This document shows positions 26,067 to 37,298 of a stretch of 64,000 nucleotides of DNA, one piece after another. The translations under genes were made by a program, and so were the position numbers. Each line of letters begins with the position of its first letter. The first letter of the stretch is position 1. Source of the stretch: Enoplolaimus lenunculus (taxonomy: Eukaryota). Location: assembly GCA_030248215.1 (NCBI GenBank), contig JASANG010003930.1:434001-498000 (forward strand). The letters run 5' to 3'. Under the pieces are notes generated by a model. The model searched no databases and had not been told where the DNA came from. It was given only the letters and a program-made list of their open reading frames with translations.

Positions 26067-27434
26067 CTGTAGTAGTGACCCTGACCCGAATAACAGGGGG
26101 TCCCCATTTTGAGTCTCAATCAATAGGAGTCCGTATCCCTAAAAAGAGTCCGTAAGCGGATTGAGTTCCTAAACCCTAAACCGAGCCCATAAATGTAAAT
26201 TATCCTAATTGTAGTGCATAAATGAATCCAGGGCCAAATAAAAGTATTACTTTGCATTATCGCTTAAGCTTTTGATGCAGGAGAAATAAACGTTTAATTA
26301 AACGGATAGTTGTAATACCGGATATGTAGGTGGCTGTGCCACTCCTAAATATATTTCAATCTAAAAACTAAAACTAATCTAAAACCAAAACCTAAAACCA
26401 CACCTTAAGAGAGTCCCCGGCTCCGCCTAGTCTCTCTTAGAACCTAAGTTAGGCTCAGGCGTTGCTAAACGGTGTGAAATTCTATAAATTCTATGCATAG
26501 CGGCTGCGTCCGCAAGGTATCAGTATTAAGGGCCCTGCGTGGCCACTAAATAAATATTTTTGCTGGCCTAGTGCGCCAAATGTTATAACTTAGATTGGGG
26601 GGTGACATATTATTGTTGTTGTTGTTGTATATCTTTTGTAGTGGCGGATATAAGTGTCCCTAACGGGTCTGAGACACCCGGGACACTCAAATATATGCAA
26701 ATCGACTTAACATGGGGGCTGGGGTAGCCAGCCTTTATAATCATTATTGTTTTTGGCAACTTACTGAACGCGGCGCATGTTTGGCTTTCGAGTTTCTTAA
26801 CAATTGTGAACGGAGTTTAGTGTATCTACGGAGTTGATTTGCGTGTTTGTACTGGGTGACTAAGACGGATAGGAGTTAACTGGAAATTGAGTCACGGTAG
26901 CTCCATGTGAGCCTACGGCGAAACCGGATTTAGGGCATCAGACGGGCGGTACCAAAGGAAAACCGGGGATCTTGGGATATATTTTGCTGTTCTGTCTTGG
27001 GAATTTCTTGGGGTTTGTACGGTTAACTGGGGTTTGAGGGAGAACTTGGGTTGTCACGTACGTTGGCACTTGATTTTTATACAGTGTGAGCGAGTGACTT
27101 AGTGGAACAACAGGCTAAGGCATCGTAGCTGACGTGCCGAAAGCACGTAAACAAAAGAACTTTCGGCACCACTAGCGTGAATAAGTTCGGTAATTAAGCA
27201 TATTACTCGTGTATTCGGTACTTGTGCTTTACGGTTATAGCTTTAATACGGTGTAGGGGGAATAAAAGGGGAAACGACTGCATTACGCGGAGTTGGTAGT
27301 TTCATTCAGTATTCGAAGTCACGAACTATTTACAGGATATAAATCAGCAGCGAAGGGTGGTTAACGTGGGTGCAAAAAAATCTGTAACAAAATAACAAAG
27401 GGGTTTTCTCTGGAGAGGTCAAATAAATATCAGT
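26067..27434. mobile_element. Tc2/pogo-like MITE, family A, split by a solo LTR; right TIR lost
   Basis: MITE homology runs 26067-26324 and resumes at 27335-27434 where it stopped. Confidence 0.8.
26325..27334. mobile_element. Solo LTR, 1010 bp
   Basis: TGTA...TACA termini; perfect 5-bp TSD GGATA (26320-26324 and 27335-27339); breakpoints confirmed by the interrupted MITE. Confidence 0.85.
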
Positions 27435-28297
27435 CGCAGAGTATATATTGTAAAAAATTATGTTTCTGACCGATAACTCTCGTTAAACATTTGAAAATTT
27501 AATACAAAAATTACACCAAGCTGCAAGTTCACAACTTTTTGTATATAATGTAATACAGCAAATATTTAGCACCGAAATTGTTGGAAGTTCCGAAAAAATA
27601 TACCGAGTCCGACTATCGTTTCCTTCATGACTCGAGTCGGAGTCAAACCTTGGGTTGTAGCTTAATTCATAAATGTATCTTGCTTGCTCGAGCAGCGAAT
27701 CACTTTTTACAATAATAAACACGCTGCGGCGATCAATAAAACCCGAGCAAAAAATAGCTAAAAAACAGCGCCAGCCGTCAGGTAAACTCGTCGCAGAGTT
27801 TAACTGAACGTAGAAATAAATCTTACCGCTTAGTCCAGATTTCCGCTTTACTATAGCTGCATCTAAAACAATGATAAGAACGATGCTAATTTTGAACGAA
27901 TTATTTTAAAGTGACTACTTAGGCATCCCAACCATTCGGTAACGGCTTACCGTATCGGGCAACGGTGTTTGACCGCAGATTACCAATCAGAATTTAAATC
28001 GGGTAAGTAGAAATAAAATTCTGCAAGCACTTTGATATTCTTTTTATTATTTAGAATCTCCTTTATTTGTTTTGATATTTTTAGAATATTTTTTGACAAT
28101 TGACTGTGACTAAAATAACTTCGAATAACTGTCAAACGAACTATGACGTATAATCTGTGTCCCCTTTCAACGTACTTATATCCTTAGCTGATTTTCGTTG
28201 GGATCACCGAGGCCAAGGCACTCACACAGAGCCAAAACCAAAATTTTGAGTTAAGAGTTAGTGCCAATGTTACTTTGCGGAGTGTCGTATATATATA

Positions 28298-28653
28298 CTC
28301 TCTAAAAGCTTAAACTAACTTGATTTAAGTTCAATATAATCCAGCAGTATTGAATTACCTTTCTAGATTAACTAAACTAACAGATAGGTTTACGCTTAAA
28401 CTCATTTAAAATCTTACGTATCTTCAGTTTAAGCTAAACTTACCGAACTCTAAGATACACATAATTTCTGGGCTGCACTTGTTACTTAAACTAAAAATAA
28501 ATGTACTTTAACTTGTGTTAAACATAAAAACATGGTAGTTTAAGTAAAACTTAAAGTTCTAGTTTAGTTTAGTCCGTATAGCCATTTAAGTTTCACTTAA
28601 ACTGATATTCAAGTTTAATTAAGCTTTAAATTAAGTTTAACTTTTTTGAGAAG
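28298..28653. mobile_element. AT-rich fold-back, MITE-like element built from AACTTAAA/TTTAAGTT motifs
   Basis: Imperfect inverted ends TA|CTCTCTAAAAGCTTAAACT ... AGTTTAACTTTTTTGAGAAG|TA. Confidence 0.5.
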
Positions 28654-31600
28654 TACATATATGTTCTTAAACCTAACTGCTAGCCTCAGCAAAAAGATAA
28701 ACCTATAACTAAGACTATGTTTAAGTACAAAATAGTCTAAAGCTTAAGCTTATTCTATTATAATCCAGCGAAATAATGGTTCACCACTTAAAATAACATG
28801 AACCAGATTTTGTATGCGCTGAAACTCTGTTTGGCAATCGCGATTACTAGTTTTCAGTATTATGTATCGGTCGATCTACTCCATCAGGAATTTCTTGGTT
28901 CGCCACTGCTGAGGTATATAGAGCAGAGTTGGAACCGACGACTGGTCGATCGGTCGGCCCGGCTGTAGTAGTCAGCCGGCACGGCCGATACAGCGGGCAT
29001 AGCTGGCCGCAACATGTTACCAATAGCGAAATATTTCTTATGCAATAAAATTCAACAGTCATGAAATGGGGTTACATGGCGAAATTGGTAGCTATAACAA
29101 TACGGCGTTAGGCTTTAAATTGTCGAATCTGTTCGTAAAACTGTAGTCTAACTGACCCTGATCCCGAGAGTTATTTTAAATCATGTGAAGTGTTTTTGTC
29201 TCTAGAAGTTTCGGGACGGAATATATCACCTTTATGTCTCCGTTGTGACACTACTTGCCATTTTGTAAAGATGACAGACAAATTGCGCGGTGTTAATTGT
29301 TGCATTTGTTTGTGACACTTCCAAATTCATTAAGATTGGTTTCTCAGATATACCTAGACTAGGAGAGCAGGCGCGTAACGAGAATTTCAGTAAGGAGTGC
29401 GGTACGACATCAAGTATGTGGAATTTGTTTTTACGTCTGCGGTCCAGTTGGAAGATTTTTTCTAGCCTCATTTATAGCTTCTGAGGGATTGTATTTCTCC
29501 CATTCTGTACACCCGTATAAAAGAGCATTAATGACTAAAACATAAAGTATATACTCATTTGTTTTTCACATGATAAATTCACATAATATCGATAAAACCT
29601 ACTTGTTAAAAATAGCACAGATAGGCATATCATTACAGTCGTCAGCTTAATTGAATTCATTTCGTTAAGTTCTTTTACTGTATTACCGCTCACAATAGTT
29701 GTATTTAAAAACTCAAACCGTTAAATTTGCGCTGCGTGTTTCTAAAATTTCATTTCATATGTGACGTCCGAGGCCATGTATAACATAGATGCCGATGAGC
29801 GGCGACGTGCGGCTACACTGCAACAACACGCAGCGGCTTACCGCGGCAAGCGGCACTGTAAAATATAGCGCCACCTTTAAATTGAATAGATCGTTTCCTG
29901 TTATTCAGGACGTTTTATCAACAAAGTTGAAAGCTAATTTATAAGCATTTTTACTTTCGTGGTCCCACTCATGTTTGTTCCCATCAAAAAATATGCATCT
30001 ACGCTCAAAGCGAAACAGTGAATTTAAAAAACAAATTTGTCAAAATAGCACATAAACACCGGGCTCGCAGCCACGGTGGCAGGGGGGCTCAACCTTCCCC
30101 ACGGAAAAATGCCTCATAAACACTCATGATATTACGGTATAATTAATGATTGAGTATATCCTTTACAGCCGGTTCTTGATCTATCTCCGATAAGTAGTAA
30201 TTAAGACAGTGAAGAAATTATTAAAAGTTGTGCTACAGAAATTGCGTATTTATTCCTTTGACATTTTTGACCGAACGCAGTGCTTATAGTTTTACTGAAA
30301 GTACCAAATATATGCCGGGAAATGTGTTGTTCATATTGGAAAAAACAACAGCAGGTGACAGTAAAAATACTATATTTAAATGGACACATTTTATCAGTTA
30401 ATGCTTAATCATGCCCGATTTCCTTTTATAAAAGTGATACCTCACACTATATTAATAATGGATTGCTTATATTTTTTGAAACGTTTTCAACAAATTTGTT
30501 GCTTCTTAAACGTTTTTATATTTCTCACAAACAGCGTGATATTTGGCGGAGGTACGTGAAGGGTACAGTAATTTGATTGAAAAATTTTTTCGCTCAAATG
30601 ACGAGAACACCATGGATCACAACTTTGGTCCTTTATACATTTCTCCGACAGGCTTAGGCTTAGGTTCAGACATAGGCTTAAATATACGAAAATTCTTTAC
30701 CTAACCTTAAGCCTACACCGTTGCCTAACTGAGTCTCAGCTTGGGTTTGGCGTAAACTAGGACTAAGCCTTTTTTCTCGCTGAAATGCTAACAGCGCTGC
30801 GGTTCGTTTTTCATGAGTCTTGATTTACTGGCGGATCCAATGATGGGCGCAATGTCTTCTCAACAGGTGTCATAACTAAATTTTTGTGCATATTAAGATT
30901 TATTACTAAAGTTGTATTTTTGGCTTGTCGCTAACTTGGCTCTTGAGTTAAATAATATGATAAGCTTTGACGATAAATTCCAGTGGTTGTTGCATTAAAT
31001 TTTAGGTAAACTCACTACTGGTCTTGAAATCCAATTGAAAATTGTTTTTTGCTTCCAACGCATTTTTCCTGATGACGTTGTTTTTAATCAGTTTTGGAAA
31101 AATACATCGTTCAGCGCAATATATCAGATTATAAGTAAAGGAACGTGACCGGAACGTGACCTGAAGCAGTCCGCTAAATGCAACAAAATCGTACAAAAAT
31201 TGTTACTGGTGCACTGTTTCTCACATTCATATATGCGCTAAGGCTAAGGACAAGGCTTATCAATACCTGAGCCTTAGACTAAGCCTATGCCTATGCGCTT
31301 ACCTAAACCTTGCCTTAATCTTAAATATGGGAGAAGTTATTAAGTGTAAGTACAAGAGTCCTGAAATGGTTCGATTAGCAAACAGATGTCAATTTTCAGC
31401 AGAACAACTTAGTGGCTTTAAATTAAGAACATAACACTAAAACGTCTTGAAATCGTAACAATACTCAGTAGCCTAATGTCACAAAACAGCAATTAAAGCA
31501 AAACAAAATCATTCAAACACTGCGTTTTCTGTCTAAAATGCAAATAAACTCATGCCGCAGCGTACAAGCACTAAAAGCACATAAAATCTAGCATCGACTA

Positions 31601-32059
31601 CATAATTAATGGGTTTTGTGGTATGGAGATTGTCTAAAATAGGAACTATATGTATAGGATCTTTGGCACAACTGTAATAACTTTTAGCAAAAAACAAAGG
31701 CTAAAAAGCACAAAGAGCATAGTTTTCAGAAAGATATTGCGCGGGCAAGGTTTACTCCGTAACCCAATACGGAATTTTAATCGGTACTTTAAATTTACGT
31801 GGCCTGATTCTTTTTTACCCGACGTGTGATTACTGTTGTTTGAGTTCCATCTCTTTACCTTTAGATTTAAATCGGTCTATGATTAATTAGGCGAGTTTCC
31901 ACGAATTAAATTCAGAAAATTTGGATGGGACCGTATTTATCGGACAAACTCGAAGAGACATAAGTTATTAAGAGAGACGGTTTTGCCGATGAAATAGTCC
32001 GCAGTTTTTATCTGATCTTGAGTAAACGACATTATCAAAGAAATGGTTAAGCATATATA

Positions 32060-32288
32060 CGCCGCAAAAAATGGTGAGTCAAATTGATTCTCTTCCGAAA
32101 TGGGCTGTTGAAATAAACAAACTAGTCAAATTCCACTCCGCCAGAGTCAAATACGACTCCCTGAGCAACTCGGGTGAGTAGAATTGGTCATCGAATTTAA
32201 TTCTGGTGGAGTCGCATTTGACTTAGTTTGTGTAGTGCAGAAAAGCCTATTTCGGAGAGAGTCAAATTGACTCACCATTTTTTTGCAG
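32060..32288. mobile_element. Palindromic MITE with C(A/G)C(T/C)GCAAAAA ends, possibly CMC/EnSpm-like
   Basis: Long inverted arms GCAAAAAATGGTGAGTCAAATTGA..TCTCT; related copy at 58610-58719. Confidence 0.6.
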
Positions 32289-32599
32289 AAAGCCGCAGAT
32301 AAAAACTGCAAAACTGGTTGAAATAAAGCATAACTCTATACGCAATAAAAATATATTAGTTTTATCCCTAAGTTTGCGTTAGTTCTTGCCCAATTTCGAA
32401 GTAGAGGTACTCATTATGAATCAAAACAGCCCACCAAGAAAACTGCAGTTTTCATAGTTATACAGGATGAGTATTGGAACCAAAGAAAGAATGACAAAGG
32501 GTTTCTATTTGCATTTGTACATATGGCTAAGTCTATATTTATTGGCACTTTTAAGCATGCTAGTGTTTGACGCTAGCATAGTAAGGAGTCGCAACCACG

Positions 32600-33281
32600 C
32601 ATACTGTTACTTTTAGCGCCGTAACAGTAGATTAAGCGTATTCCTATTAAGCCTAAGCTTAAACCTAAGCGTAGCAAGAGCGTATTCCTAAGCCTAAAAG
32701 CCTAAGCCTAAGCCTAAGCAAAGAAATGTAGTCTAGAATGAAAAACCTACTCTTTTACAGACCCACCACAAACCGGAACTCAAAGTACATATTCCTATAC
32801 CTGCAATTGTGGACGATTACATCTGTTACAATTTATCACCGTTCAGTTAAAAAAATATTAACCAGTTTAATCGCAATGTCCACATCGAGGTAGGTACTGT
32901 AACAATCAAACCAAACGTTGCTTTGGCAAACTTTTCTCGGTTTCTCAGCACGAAATTGCAGCTGTCCCGTTTTCTATTAGGTTTAAACAATCCTGTACCA
33001 TTGCTCTGTTTTCCCAGCGAAAATTTGCAGCTGTACCGTTTTCAAAGCAAAAATTCGCATATGCCCCGTTTTCCCATTTATCCGTAACAAATTTGCCCCG
33101 TTTTCCGCTTTCCCGGCGAAAATTCGCAACTGTCCCGTTATTCCATTTGCCAGAAACAAGGCTGTCCCATTTTCACATCTGCCGTAAAGCTGTCTTAGAA
33201 AAATGTGAATTTGTTCCAATTACACTTCTATGTCTTGGTGTCTCATAGAAAAACGGGACGCCCCTAAAAGTAACACTGGCC
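32600..33281. mobile_element. Merlin-like (family B) fragments with CCTAAG repeats and TGTCCCGTTTT internal repeats
   Basis: TGTTACTTTTAG near 32605, (CCTAAG)n at ~32650-32718 and right TIR CGCCCCTAAAAGTAACACTGGCC ending 33281; no matching TSD, so probably two pieces. Confidence 0.55.
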
Positions 33282-33544
33282 ATTATTTCATTGATACATG
33301 TCCTTTAGGGTTCCCAATGCGTTTTTAAGAATGATTTGGTAAATTATATAGCTAGGATATGTGTTATTGAGGAACTTTAAGTTTCGTTTTTAGAGCAATT
33401 TCTGACCTGAACGGATATGAGGTGGTAGACAAGGTATGGACGTATGATTTGACGTGTGTGAAAATATCAACTAAGACAAAAACGTGTCCAGATGTTATAG
33501 TCAAATTAAAATAATCAGGAATGTGTTGCTGTCAGTCTAGGTAC

Positions 33545-33797
33545 TGTAAGCATGTGAGACATGCTTGCCCGCTATGTGCACATGCAATATAGTGCAGTGC
33601 ACTGTATGTATGCTAGCTGGCAGCATGCGGTCGACACACAGTCGACGAGAAATGCAGTTGGAAAAGCGGGCTACGTGGCGCAGTGGTAGAGTGCTCGCTT
33701 AAGGATCCATAGGCCAAGAGTTCGATCCACGCTCTAGCCCGCTTTTCCAGCTGCTTGGTAGAAAGGTCTGATGTACTTGGTCCTACCTTGACTGACA
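33545..33797 (+). mobile_element. Solo LTR of the tRNA-bearing TRIM (inner copy, 253 bp)
   Basis: TGTAAG...CTGACA termini; flanks GGTAC/GGTAG (4 of 5 matching TSD); homologous to the LTRs at 55847 and 56205. Confidence 0.8.
33668..33740 (+). pseudogene. tRNA-like sequence inside the LTR (not a canonical tRNA)
   Basis: tRNA-length spacing with A box TGGCGCAGTGG, B box GTTCGATCC, GGGCTA/TAGCCC acceptor-like pairing and TTTT just downstream; anticodon and T stems do not pair properly. Confidence 0.7.
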
Positions 33798-34260
33798 GGT
33801 AGGAACCGGGACTTCAGATTTTTAAACTAAGCAGCTGGAAAAGCGGGCCTCATGAACGGGGATCAAACTCTCAGCCTACGGATCCTTAAGCGAACGCTCT
33901 ATCGCTGCGCCGCGCAGCCCGCCTCTCCAACTGTATTTTTCGTCGACTATACGTGTCGACCGTATGGTGCCAGCTAACATACATACAGTGCAGTACACTA
34001 TACTGTATGTGCACATAACGGACAAGCATGTCACATGCTTACGTGCTCTTATTTTCAACAAGGTCGTCTCTTGACCGTTCATTCTATTTTCGACTGCATA
34101 CGACGTAGCTAGTATACGGTGTGTATTATATACGTGTTGAGTTTTTTATGTGTGTATTTGATATTCCGGTATTCCATCGCGCAATACCCTCGGTCGTGAC
34201 GACCACTTTTTTCAGAACTACTGCAAATATATATTTTTCCCGTTAATTTCTCCGAAACAT

Positions 34261-34330
34261 GAGCACGCCGGTACTCGAACTCGGACCTCTCGTTCGCGAG
34301 TCAAGCGCGCTACGCATTACAACACGCGGC
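34261..34330 (-). pseudogene. Degenerate tRNA-derived sequence, probable SINE head
   Basis: Minus strand GCCGCGTGTTGTAATGCGTAGCGCGCTTGACTCGCGAACGAGAGGTCCGAGTTCGAGTACCGG has A-box-like and B-box-like motifs at tRNA spacing. Confidence 0.5.
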
Positions 34331-35057
34331 AGATATTAGGATTTTCTTAGTATTATATACGTGCACGTGTATGTATGTGTCTTACATTACACACATTATG
34401 CACATACACATGTTATAACACATGGTTTTGCCATTAGATAAAAAGTTATGGACTAAAAACATCAAATTTCGAATTGAAATAAGCTTTCAAACTAAGCCCA
34501 AAACAGGTTGCTATATTCATCTGTCGCTGCCTCAACTCCAAAAGTTGGTAAAAAACTAAAAACACTTATGGTTTGTGAAAAAATTTATTTTAGTATTACG
34601 ACTAGATCTTGTGTTAAGACACAAAATAACACTGAAACTGTACTAGCTATTTTACCAACGCCGATAGGTTAACGGATTGCTAGCGTGGTCGTTCGAAATG
34701 TGTGATGCCCGGAATTTTTGCTTTTTTAAAAAGTGACTTTGCGGGGGGATCAAAAACTGATTCTCTCCGCACGCCGGTATGATCCCCCATCGGAAAGTCA
34801 CAGTTATTTCAAGACTGCAAACCCGGATCCGGACCCTGATATATTTTACGGGCAAACCAGGGTTCTGAATTTTTATAATTTAAAAACTGAACACGATCCT
34901 AATTTTTTAAAGATAGGAAACAGTTTCTGTCTCCATCTGTATTCAAGCAGCTCAATGTCTAAAATATTATTGGACAGTATGCAATGCGAAGCAACTAATG
35001 TCATTTACAAAAATTTATTTCAAGTATATAAATCATAAAACAACGCACTATCTTTGC

Positions 35058-35340
35058 AAGGAATGTGCCGATACCAAAATTTTTTCCCGATGTCGATAAT
35101 GGTCATTTTGAAGATATACCAATGCCGATACCTATTCCAAGTTTAATGTACAACGGTGCTTTTAATTAATTTTTTCAAGGTCAAACGCAATAGAAATAAC
35201 AGTTTCCCTCATCAGGTGCATCGATCTCTAACGAGTGAAATTGATAGCTGTTCAGCTCACTGTTATGTGCAAAACGTACTTATCGGCAATTTTAGTACCG
35301 ATTATTACGATGCTGATGCCGATTAATCGACACATTCCTA
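35058..35340. mobile_element. hAT-like MITE (GCCGAT-rich family)
   Basis: (A)AGGAATGTGCCGAT ... ATCGACACATTCCTA inverted ends; homologous to 44909-45328 and 53815-54104; TSD decayed. Confidence 0.65.
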
Positions 35341-37298
35341 GTCCTTACAATAGCAACGTCTAGCAAACTTCAATATTTGAAGTCTATTTTTTAAAATTTG
35401 CTTTCATAAAAAAGATCTGCTTTGTCACCGATCAGTCAGTCATACGACATTCGATACGTAGTTGTCTTAAGAGACATGTTGGGAGTGTTTTGTTTCTGAT
35501 GTATTTCACACAGATAACGTTGGTTGTGCTGCTATGTCATATATACTTTAACGTATTTAGTTTAGGTGCGATACAGTTACAATTCAGAATTTAGGCGCGG
35601 GATGTTAAAATCACTAGGCTAATTTTGTTTCGGGTATTTTGTCAGGGATTTTTGTAATACCGGACCCGGAATGATCTGTTATGAAAATCCGGACCCGGAT
35701 TCGGAATTTTTGAGGCGAAAACCCGGACCCGCACCAAATTTTCAGCGAAAATACCCGGAATAACCGAAATATCCGGACCCGCATGCAATTCAAGTTGCAA
35801 CACTCAACAGAAACAACGCCTTAGACTGGTTGTTTAAAGTTCTAAAACTTAAAAAATGGTTAGATTATGACTAAAGTATTCGAGCATAGTTCCGTGCCAG
35901 CTTTTTCTGTAAAGCGGGTACATATATATTTATCAGATACCTAAAACAATGAAAATACGTAGTGCATTTACACAACAACATTACTGTCGGAATTTTTTAA
36001 AATTAGACTTATGTTGAATAAAAAAGTAGTATACCTATATGGGGATAGAACACAAACATTTTGCGCGGCGGAAATAAGTTGACTAAAAAGCGTGGCGCCA
36101 CTGCTCCAGCCATTTCAAAAACCTAAGTAAGTCCGTGACTGCGTACTTATGTAACCTAAACCGAATTCAATTTTTAAGAGACAGTTAACAAAGAGAAAAA
36201 CCGGCACAGGTCCAAAACTGTTTAAATCGGGGAAGTTAGAACAGATTAGCGCATTTTTTGCCATGAATGAGGGGAGTGAAATGAAACTAAGTTGTCTTAT
36301 TGGTCCACCCTTAAAGGGATTATTACGAAAAATATCAAATAATTCCGGGGGAGATCAAAAATTCAAAACGTCGCGTTTTCCACAAACCTTTTAATCTGAA
36401 TTGTGGTAGATCAATTTTGTTGGGGCCCGCAGGTACCCGGTCCTCAGGACTATATATGTTATGTTATCCTTCGAAATGGAAGCTATAATATTTGTATATG
36501 GTTTCAGTATATACCTAATCCGTAAAATGTAATTGTTCGTGATTCGTGGCTGCAATGTCTCGACCTAATATTGTGTTTCGAAAACCAGGTATAAACTGTA
36601 ATACTATCTGCATTATACGCGTACTTCAATTGAGATGTAACCTCATTCGTGTCTTCTTTTAAACGAAGTGAACCGTTGAGACAATAATAAGTTTCTACAA
36701 CTGTTTGACAATAAATTTGCATTGTTTGAACCTGTATGCTATGTATATATAGTGCTTTTATCGATCGCGTGTTTGTTATGAACTATAGTTATTTCGAACT
36801 GTGTTTGAAACGTTGTACGTAGCAGTGCATATGCCTGCAGCGTGATTCTTACGAAATGAGTCGATTGCTGATTTATATTTTATTGTTAATGTTAATGGCT
36901 TCGATCAGGTTTTTTATATTGATATTCAAAATCTGTTTTGGCTTTAACAGAGCAGCTAACTGGGCTTTATGTTTCGAAATAAGAGAAAGCTAAAACAAAC
37001 TATATAATGTAGTTATATTAACTTATAAACAAGTAAAATCGAATACTGCATAAACTGAGCAATGATCAAGTTTCGGTGAAGACATTTATCAGATTTCGAG
37101 CTTCGCATAATTACCTATCTGCACTCCAAATATGCTCTCTGTAGATAGGCTTGGACTTCATTGAAAACATGTTATAAGTGCATATAAATATGAATGTAGA
37201 CAAGTACGGGTTTCGATAGTTTCCTGGTTCCGGCCCTTATGAAATCCTGGCCCGGTGGACATCTATAACGTGTAAACGTACGTATATATATGTTTTAG

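Larger units (their letters stand above)
33530..34043 (-). mobile_element. Solo LTR of the tRNA-bearing TRIM (outer copy, interrupted by a second copy)
   Basis: 33530-33544 (TGTCAGTCTAGGTAC) plus 33798-34043 together form the reverse complement of the 253-bp unit. Confidence 0.75.

Noticed and set aside
29864..29876. CTCF-like half site (AGGTGGCGCTA on the minus strand)
   Set aside because: Only part of the motif matches; not distinguishable from chance.
33668..33740. Functional tRNA gene (apparent AAG anticodon)
   Set aside because: Anticodon and T stems do not pair, the anticodon differs in the 55.9-kb copy, and it lies inside an LTR.
33546..34042. Single fold-back DNA transposon with 250-bp TIRs
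   Set aside because: The end of the minus-strand copy continues at 33530-33544 and a 5-bp duplication flanks the inner copy, so it is a nested LTR-in-LTR insertion.
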